From the NCBI GenBank assembly GCA_964459225.1, contig CAYWKB010000001.1:180140-244139 (forward strand): a stretch of DNA of 64,000 nucleotides. Direction: 5' to 3'. The notes below the pieces were generated by a model. That model saw only the letters and a list, made by a program, of their open reading frames with translations. It did no database searches and was not told the origin of the DNA. This stretch comes from an uncultured Candidatus Saccharibacteria bacterium (GTDB taxonomy: Bacteria > Patescibacteriota > Minisyncoccia > Phycocordibacterales > PALSA-1337). A program made the translations under genes and the position numbers. How positions within the stretch are numbered: position 1 is the stretch's first letter; each line of letters begins with the position of its first letter. Of the stretch, positions 57,627-64,000 are shown piece by piece.

Positions 57627-60600
57627 ATGAAAAAATTTATTACCATTTGTTTCTCTTTAACTCTAGTACTAATTACTATATTCGGTTTAAATGGAAGGGA
57701 TGTAAATGCGCAGAATAATTCAAAAAACTCAATTAGTGATGTAAAAGTGTCTCTTACTGAGAATGGCTATAAAAGAACTCTGAACTACTTAGGTAGTGAT
57801 GAGTACGATAGGGATGAAATAAATATAGAAAAAGAGATTTTTGTAAACGCAAAATCAAAAACAAAATTCTCGCTTGCAGTGAATAAATCAAAGGGTTTTA
57901 GAGATACTTATGGTAAGGACAGACTATATTCAGAATGCGTTAGAGATTCTTCTCTAAGTTATGTATTTTTGTATAATGAGTCTGGTTTGAAAGCGTCAGC
58001 TCCAAGAGAGGTATCATATGCTCCAGATGAATGCTCACAACTAGATTCGACTATCTCTAATAAGCTTCTTTTTTCTCCTCGTATTGTACCTACTGCCGTT
58101 AAGGGAATTTTTAAAGCTCCTGATAATAATTCATCTCTACAGATAGAAACATCTACTGATTATGAATTAAGTATTGATGACCCAGAACTACTTGATAATA
58201 ATAAAAAATATAGGACAGAAATTGAAAAAAACTTGTATGTGCAGAGATATAATATTGAGATAGTTTTGCACCCAACATATTTAGTGCAAGACGAAGAAAG
58301 TGCTGACCATGTTAATTTAAAGAGAAGCGATAAAGTATTTGATCAATGTTCTAAACTATCAATTAACGGTCAAAGTATGGGACCAAAAGAAGGTGTAAAA
58401 GGTGCTTGTTCCTTAATTATTAAATCTTACAGACAGTCACCATTATTAGACGGGGCTATATTAGTCGGGGTTGATATTTTAAGATTAATTAGTCAAGACA
58501 TACCTGTAGAAATAAATGATGTATCTGCTAATTTAGTTAGTAAGTTAGACCTACCAATAATTACAAACACTAATGAAACAATTAATGACTATAGAGATTT
58601 AAGTGATTTATTGCAGAGTGGTAAATATGATCAAAAAGAAAAAACAAGGTTAGTTAATAAAATTATTGACAACTCTCAAGTTGCAGATATGAAGAATAAT
58701 GTTCCTTCGTCTACTCCTTCGCCAGAATATAAAGGATTTTCTTTAGATGATATTAAGTTTGATAATACCAAAAAGCCTATAACTAAGATTCCAAAAGATA
58801 AGAATAAAGATGTTCCGAGGTCTCCTAAGTTACCGGTATTTCATTCAGAGGATGGTAATGATGTAAATAAAGGTATTATAGGTATTATTAAAGATAAGAT
58901 TTTCAGTACAACACCTAATGAAAGTGCAAATGTTAGTACGGATAGTAGCTCAGGCTCATCAGGTTCAAATAGGGGATTCAAAAGATCTAGTGAAAATTCA
59001 TCAACGAATGCGAATGGGCAGGTTACAGTAACAAACGCAGATTCAACCATAAGAATATCAAATGACGATACTACATCAGTAGGTGTTATATTTAAGTTTG
59101 TAATTCAGAACAATGATAATGTAAATTATTATATACCAATAGATCCTAATAATGGTATTGCGTACAGAACTAATCTAAATGCTTCTGTATTAAATTTAGA
59201 TATGGTTTTATCAAATCCAACTAAAGTTGAAGGTGATACTGAAAAATATTTAATATTAAAACCAAATTCAACTAGAGGATTGTCATACTCAGGAAGATTA
59301 AAAGCTTTGTCAGATAATAAGCATTCAGCAACAATATTGGCTCAAAATATATATTCTGACCAAAATGGTGGTGGTAGAATACAAGTACCAATAAATAATT
59401 TAGTAACTAAAGAAGTAAATCTGACAAAAGAGCAGTTCGTGGAAACAGTTGCACAGGATAATACAAATTCATCTATAGGTAATAAGTTTCTAGAGGCGGC
59501 TAATAACTTTTTCGGTGCAAATAATGCTCCAAAGATAAAGACCATCACTCCATCAACGGTAGTTTCTGGTGATACAGTAACTATCTCAGGTACAAACTTT
59601 TCAAGTACAGATAATGATATTCAAATATCAACAAATACAGGAACAATATCAATAAACAAAGTGCCATCAACTGATGGAAAGACATTGGTATTTACAGCAC
59701 CAAACTATAAGGGAGATTTCAAGGTGCATGTAATTAACTGGACAACAGGCAAATCAACAAAGGATTCAGAAAATCTAAGTATATTATCAAATGGTCGCGT
59801 GTCTACTCTTGAAAGTAATGTTGCGGTAAATAATTCAAGATCTAATTTTGCTAAGTCTGAATCAGTGAATACAACAGGCGCAAATTCTTCAAGTAATATT
59901 CCAACAATTACAAATATAAATCCTGCTAAAGTTTCAACTGGAGATTTGGTAACCATTTCAGGTACAAACTTCTCAAGTACAGATAATGATATTCAAATAT
60001 CAACAAATACAGGAACAGTATCAATAAACAAAGTACCATCAACTGATGGAAAGACATTGATGTTTACAGCACCAAATTATCAAGGTGATTTTAAGGTTAG
60101 TGTTATTAATTGGTCAAATGGAAAGTCAACACAAATACCTGCTAATTTAAACATATCATTAAGTAGAAGTCAGAGATCAAAATTAGAGGGGAATTCAGCA
60201 GCTGATGATCAAGTTTCAAGATCAGCATTCTCAAGATCTGGTTTAACTTCAGGATTAAGTATTGTAAAGTCACCAAATCTTATAATCTCAAATGTAAGTA
60301 CAGATATAGTACAAAATAATGAAATAGCAAATCAAAAAACAGCTAATTTTAGATATAACTTAACTCTTACAAATAACAATAATTCAGATCTATACCTATC
60401 TAAAAACACTAGTGCCGCAATACAATTAAATCTAGATGGAAGCCAAGGATTTACACCATTAAGTCTTAATGCATCATCACCATCTGTTTTAGGTGGAGAT
60501 ACTACACAGGACTTTGTTATCCCTACAGGTTCATCAAGATCATTTAGTTATAATGGAATACTATATTACACAGGCAATCTAAATGCAGATAATGTTACAA

Positions 60601-62036
60601 AATATGTATCAATTCAAAATATCTTTATAAGTACAAGCTCACCTTCAAGACTAATAAACGGAATAGCAAAAGATAATACATTAAGTTTGGGCAGAATATC
60701 AGTATCAGGACAAAATGGAACAACGACAAGTGCAATTACGGTGTCAACAACAATTCCACTTAACACACCATCTCTCTCAACATCAAAGACATTATATGAA
60801 TCAGGTGAAAGGGTAGATATTAGAGCAACTTTACCTGAAAATACTGCAAAGGTTTATGTAAAGATAAATTGTCCTACAGGTATATCATTCACACTTCCTG
60901 GATTTGAGTGTAATAAGCTCGTTACACTACCAAATACATTTGTAGGAATAAAGCCATTCTTCATTAATAGATCAGCAAATGAACAAAAGGTTGTAATAAA
61001 TATATTTGCAAATATAGCTGGTAGAGAGGGAACTATAGAAGGATTCCCATTGACTTTGGTAATAAATTCACAAAATTCAAAAGACGCTATTAAAAATCCA
61101 GCTGAAATACAAACTCCAGGTGAACCAGTTAAAAAGCCATCACTACTTGATATAATATTCGGTAAAAAGGATGAAGCTACACCAACAGTGTCACCTTATC
61201 CAACAGTATCACCTACACCTACAGTCTCAAATCCTTCATTAATTAAAAATTACATAACCATAACAAGTCCAAATGGTGGTGAAAAGATATATGTAGGGTC
61301 AACATACAATATCTCTTGGACTGGAAATATTACAAATAAAACAAGTGCTTTATTGGTAGCCGAAAATGGTACGAGATATGCGATATTTGTAGGTATGGAT
61401 AGTAGAACAAGAAATGGCACATTCTACATGCCAGTTTCTATCCCTCTAGGTAGATATAGAGTTGCTATGCAAGAAGAAATTACAAATGCATCAGATTTTA
61501 GTGATGGATATTTTGAAATAGTAGAACGACCATCATATCCAGGTACTCCAACACCAAGTTCATCATACTCACCAAGCTATTCAAATTCAGCTACATATTC
61601 ATCAAGTCCAAGCTATACTTCAACAGCAACATATAGCTCATCACCAAGTTATACAAGTACAGCTACATACTCTTCATCTCCATCATATACATCAAGTGCT
61701 ACGTACTCATCAAGTCCAAGCTATACTTCAACAGCTACATACACATCATCTCCATCAAATACATCAACAAGTGTAAGTTCACCAAGTTCAGTATATACAT
61801 CAACCGCCACATACACAGCTTCACCAAGCAGTAGTAATACTGTTTCAGCAACAGCTACATATACTTCAACACCTTCATCAACATACACTTCATCACCAAG
61901 TAGCACATCAAGTTCAAATACATCAGGTACATATAATGCAACTCCATCATCTTCATCAAAAGCAGAGAGAAATGGGGGAGCTAGTTATACAGCCTCAATA
62001 CTCGAAGCTATAGCAGGATGGCTTAGAACAATATAA
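57627..62036 (+). CDS. Giant secreted or surface protein (1469 aa) with duplicated IPT/TIG-like domains and a Ser/Thr/Tyr/Pro-rich tandem-repeat C-terminus.
   Basis: Signal peptide. Two near-identical modules of about 80 aa (ITPSTVVSGDTVTISGTNFSSTDNDIQISTNTGT.SINKVPSTDGKTL.FTAPNY.GDFKV.VINW). C-terminal 13-aa repeats (ATYSSSPSYTSTA) encoded by 39-nt DNA repeats. A (TVSP)n linker. Confidence 0.7.
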   Translation: MKKFITICFSLTLVLITIFGLNGRDVNAQNNSKNSISDVKVSLTENGYKRTLNYLGSDEYDRDEINIEKEIFVNAKSKTKFSLAVNKSKGFRDTYGKDRLYSECVRDSSLSYVFLYNESGLKASAPREVSYAPDECSQLDSTISNKLLFSPRIVPTAVKGIFKAPDNNSSLQIETSTDYELSIDDPELLDNNKKYRTEIEKNLYVQRYNIEIVLHPTYLVQDEESADHVNLKRSDKVFDQCSKLSINGQSMGPKEGVKGACSLIIKSYRQSPLLDGAILVGVDILRLISQDIPVEINDVSANLVSKLDLPIITNTNETINDYRDLSDLLQSGKYDQKEKTRLVNKIIDNSQVADMKNNVPSSTPSPEYKGFSLDDIKFDNTKKPITKIPKDKNKDVPRSPKLPVFHSEDGNDVNKGIIGIIKDKIFSTTPNESANVSTDSSSGSSGSNRGFKRSSENSSTNANGQVTVTNADSTIRISNDDTTSVGVIFKFVIQNNDNVNYYIPIDPNNGIAYRTNLNASVLNLDMVLSNPTKVEGDTEKYLILKPNSTRGLSYSGRLKALSDNKHSATILAQNIYSDQNGGGRIQVPINNLVTKEVNLTKEQFVETVAQDNTNSSIGNKFLEAANNFFGANNAPKIKTITPSTVVSGDTVTISGTNFSSTDNDIQISTNTGTISINKVPSTDGKTLVFTAPNYKGDFKVHVINWTTGKSTKDSENLSILSNGRVSTLESNVAVNNSRSNFAKSESVNTTGANSSSNIPTITNINPAKVSTGDLVTISGTNFSSTDNDIQISTNTGTVSINKVPSTDGKTLMFTAPNYQGDFKVSVINWSNGKSTQIPANLNISLSRSQRSKLEGNSAADDQVSRSAFSRSGLTSGLSIVKSPNLIISNVSTDIVQNNEIANQKTANFRYNLTLTNNNNSDLYLSKNTSAAIQLNLDGSQGFTPLSLNASSPSVLGGDTTQDFVIPTGSSRSFSYNGILYYTGNLNADNVTKYVSIQNIFISTSSPSRLINGIAKDNTLSLGRISVSGQNGTTTSAITVSTTIPLNTPSLSTSKTLYESGERVDIRATLPENTAKVYVKINCPTGISFTLPGFECNKLVTLPNTFVGIKPFFINRSANEQKVVINIFANIAGREGTIEGFPLTLVINSQNSKDAIKNPAEIQTPGEPVKKPSLLDIIFGKKDEATPTVSPYPTVSPTPTVSNPSLIKNYITITSPNGGEKIYVGSTYNISWTGNITNKTSALLVAENGTRYAIFVGMDSRTRNGTFYMPVSIPLGRYRVAMQEEITNASDFSDGYFEIVERPSYPGTPTPSSSYSPSYSNSATYSSSPSYTSTATYSSSPSYTSTATYSSSPSYTSSATYSSSPSYTSTATYTSSPSNTSTSVSSPSSVYTSTATYTASPSSSNTVSATATYTSTPSSTYTSSPSSTSSSNTSGTYNATPSSSSKAERNGGASYTASILEAIAGWLRTI

Positions 62037-62117
62037 TATTTGACTTATAAACATGCTTTTGATAGTATGTCTGTAAGTTCGAAAAAATAAATACAAAATA
62101 GCGATTGGAAGCAAATA

Positions 62118-62137
62118 ATGTTCAAATGAACATTAAA
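62118..62137. promoter_or_regulatory. Palindrome AATGTTCA-AA-TGAACATT upstream of rpsN.
   Basis: Eight-bp perfect arms (GTTC-N4-GAAC core) 50 nt upstream of the S14 start. Confidence 0.3.
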
Positions 62138-62185
62138 GCTAACCAATCCCTATTTTGTTAAAAAAATCATTAGAACTGAGCAAAA

Positions 62186-62371
62186 ATGGCAAAGAAATCA
62201 ACAATAGCAAGATCAAGCAAGGCACCAAAGTTTAAGTCGAGAGTTGTTCGACGCTGTTTCCGTTGCGGAAGGAAAAATGGATATATGAGAGACTTTGACC
62301 TTTGCCGTATTTGTTTCAGAGAGTTCGCTAATGAAGGAGTAATCCCAGGAATTAAAAAATCATCATGGTAA
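62186..62371 (+). CDS. rpsN: 30S ribosomal protein S14, type Z (zinc-ribbon form).
   Basis: 61 aa with CRCGRKNGYMRDFDLCRIC. Confidence 0.9.
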   Translation: MAKKSTIARSSKAPKFKSRVVRRCFRCGRKNGYMRDFDLCRICFREFANEGVIPGIKKSSW

Positions 62372-62757
62372 CAGACCCTATAGCAGATTTCATAACAAGA
62401 ATTAAGAATGCAAGTGATGCTCGCAAGGATATTGTTTCTATTCCTTATTCATCACTAAAGGAAAATATAGCCCACGCTCTTATAAAGGGTGGATATGTAA
62501 ATTCAGTAGTTGTAAATGGCAAGCAGATTTCAAAGACATTGGAGATTTCTATTAATTATATAAACAAAGCTCCAAGAATAAACGGTGTACAAAGAATATC
62601 AAAGCCTTCAAGAAGAATATATCAAGGATCAAAGGATATAAGAATGTTTAAGAGTGGATTCGGTAATACAGTATTATCTACCCCAGCAGGAATACTTCTT
62701 GATGTTGATGCAAAAAAAGCAAAGGTCGGAGGAGAGGTATTATTTAAAATCTGGTAA
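62365..62757 (+). CDS. rpsH: 30S ribosomal protein S8.
   Basis: DPIADFITRIKNA start; S14-S8-L6 gene order. Length is 130 aa. Confidence 0.95.
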   Translation: MVTDPIADFITRIKNASDARKDIVSIPYSSLKENIAHALIKGGYVNSVVVNGKQISKTLEISINYINKAPRINGVQRISKPSRRIYQGSKDIRMFKSGFGNTVLSTPAGILLDVDAKKAKVGGEVLFKIW

Positions 62758-62762
62758 AACAT

Positions 62763-63296
62763 ATGTCAAGAATAGCAAAAAAACCAATCGCAATTCCCGA
62801 AAAGACAGAGGCTACATATGCTTCAGGAGTGCTTACTATTAAAGGACCATTGGGTGAATTAAAAAAGTCTTTGAGACCAGAAGTTAATATAAAGATTGAA
62901 AATAACGAGATAACTCTTACTCCAACAAGAAATTCCCTAGACATCTTAGCTCTTTGGGGTACATATGCATCTCATATAAGAAATATGTTAGAGGGAGTTA
63001 ATAAACTATACGAAAAAAAGCTAATAGTTGAAGGTATTGGATTTAAGGCTGATGTAAAAGGAAAGGAAATACATATGGCACTTGGATTTTCACATCCTGT
63101 TGTAAGGGAAATACCTGAGGGGCTAAAGGTTGTCTCAGAAAAAAACATCATAACTGTTACAGGTATGGATATCGAAAAGGTAGGACAATTTGTATCACAG
63201 ATAAGATCACTCAAAAAGCCAGAACCATACAAGGGTAAGGGTATAAGATATAGTGATGAAGTAATAAGAAGAAAGCAAGGTAAGAAATCAGTATAG
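62763..63296 (+). CDS. rplF: 50S ribosomal protein L6.
   Basis: SRIAKKPI start and duplicated L6 domains. Length is 177 aa. Confidence 0.95.
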   Translation: MSRIAKKPIAIPEKTEATYASGVLTIKGPLGELKKSLRPEVNIKIENNEITLTPTRNSLDILALWGTYASHIRNMLEGVNKLYEKKLIVEGIGFKADVKGKEIHMALGFSHPVVREIPEGLKVVSEKNIITVTGMDIEKVGQFVSQIRSLKKPEPYKGKGIRYSDEVIRRKQGKKSV

Positions 63297-63310
63297 TCTT
63301 AAATAAATAT

Positions 63311-63661
63311 ATGAATACAAGTAAACAAAAACAATTAAAAATAGCTAGAAGACATAATAGAATACGCTCAACACTAAGCGGTACTAGTGAGCGTCCTCGT
63401 CTTTCTGTATTTAAATCTCATAAATACATTTCAGCTCAAATAATTGATGATACAAAGGGTCATACTTTGGCAATGTTCTCATCTCAAAATGCAAAGTCAA
63501 AGTCACCAGCCGAAAAGGCAAAGGAAGTTGGTATAGAGATTGCTAAGTTGGCAAAATCACTTAAGATTGATAAGGTAGTATTTGATCGTGGTGGTTACCT
63601 ATATACAGGAAAGATTCAGGCTGTGGCTGATGGGGCACGCGAAGGAGGACTAAATTTTTAA
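63311..63661 (+). CDS. rplR: 50S ribosomal protein L18.
   Basis: RPRLSVFKSHKYISAQIIDD and a C-terminal DRGGY..GK motif. Length is 116 aa. Confidence 0.9.
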   Translation: MNTSKQKQLKIARRHNRIRSTLSGTSERPRLSVFKSHKYISAQIIDDTKGHTLAMFSSQNAKSKSPAEKAKEVGIEIAKLAKSLKIDKVVFDRGGYLYTGKIQAVADGAREGGLNF

Positions 63662-63670
63662 TATAAAATC

Positions 63671-64000
63671 ATGGAAACAGAAACAAAAATACAAGATAAT
63701 ACAGGAATAACAGTTGAGGCAGTAGCCCCAGTTGTGTCTGCTACACCTGATACTCAAAAATCTTTTTCAAGAGATTCAAGACCACCTCGTGGAGGATCAA
63801 GAAGACCACAAAGACCAGGTCAAGAAAGAGTAAAGCCTGAATTCGATACAAAGATAATTGCTATTCGTCGTGTTACTCGTGTTGCTTCTGGAGGAAGAAG
63901 ATTTACATTTTCAGTTGCAGTTGTTTCAGGAGATAAAAAAGGTAAGGTAGGTGTAGGTCTTGGAAAGGCAGGAGATACATCACTTGCTATAGATAAAGCA
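63671..64000 (+). CDS. rpsE: 30S ribosomal protein S5, 3'-truncated by the window edge.
   Basis: [36 protein letters not shown]. Missing from the ORF track because it is partial. Confidence 0.9.
   Translation, partial: METETKIQDNTGITVEAVAPVVSATPDTQKSFSRDSRPPRGGSRRPQRPGQERVKPEFDTKIIAIRRVTRVASGGRRFTFSVAVVSGDKKGKVGVGLGKAGDTSLAIDKA

Noticed and set aside
61540-61830. Tandem 39-nt direct repeats that could be mistaken for a CRISPR-like array
   Set aside because: They are in-frame inside the 1469-aa ORF and encode 13-aa STY-rich peptide repeats. There are no spacer/repeat alternation and no cas genes.
1-64000. Alternative genetic code (UGA recoding, as in some CPR lineages)
   Set aside because: Long ORFs (1469, 1133, 714, 691 aa) are intact under the standard code with normal stop usage.

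Overview
This 64-kb window is AT-rich (roughly one-third GC by eye), gene-dense and uses the standard genetic code. Its gene content (short housekeeping proteins, a type IV pilus operon, comEC and comM, tRNAs without encoded CCA next to a CCA-adding enzyme, many large secreted proteins) fits a streamlined CPR/Patescibacteria-like bacterium. That lineage call is inference from content, not a search. Most of the window is housekeeping: ksgA/rsmA, a UvrD/PcrA helicase, a LysM-M23 peptidase, comM, rpsO, a Xer-like recombinase, xth, cca, four tRNAs, HU, RNase Y, clpP, rsmE, trigger factor, nusA, tpiA, pgk, a HIT protein, recJ, rnhA, Fe/Mn SOD, rpmB, an M50-like protease, rpsL-rpsG-fusA, and rpsN(Z)-rpsH-rplF-rplR-rpsE. 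Accessory content: (a) A compact type II restriction-modification locus at 35.1-38.6 kb with PvuII-like architecture: a 691-aa beta-class SPPY/DPYxGSGTT DNA methyltransferase with a large Zn-finger N-terminal domain, divergent from a 78-aa HTH controller gene followed by a 360-aa candidate endonuclease. (b) A core of about 20 nt, ATTTRGATTTCATTTCAAT, recurs immediately upstream of comM, comEC and an ORF6N/KilA-N-like DNA-binding gene, suggesting a shared regulon (competence?). (c) Next to the Xer-like recombinase are a GC-rich structured non-coding region that ends in a terminator just upstream of rpsO, a dif-like 11-6-11 palindrome, and a GC-atypical cargo segment. (d) There are two candidate structured ncRNA loci of unknown identity. 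(e) The ribosomal-protein superoperon is rearranged: fusA is followed by a 1469-aa repeat-rich surface protein and then directly by rpsN, with tuf and S10...L5 absent. (f) comEC is split by an oppositely oriented SOD gene. (g) RNase HI carries a C-terminal hybrid-binding domain. (h) A fatty acyl-ACP reductase-like gene is paired with a PlsC-like acyltransferase. No CRISPR array and no rRNA are present. All calls come from reading the translations and sequence by eye; no database search was run.
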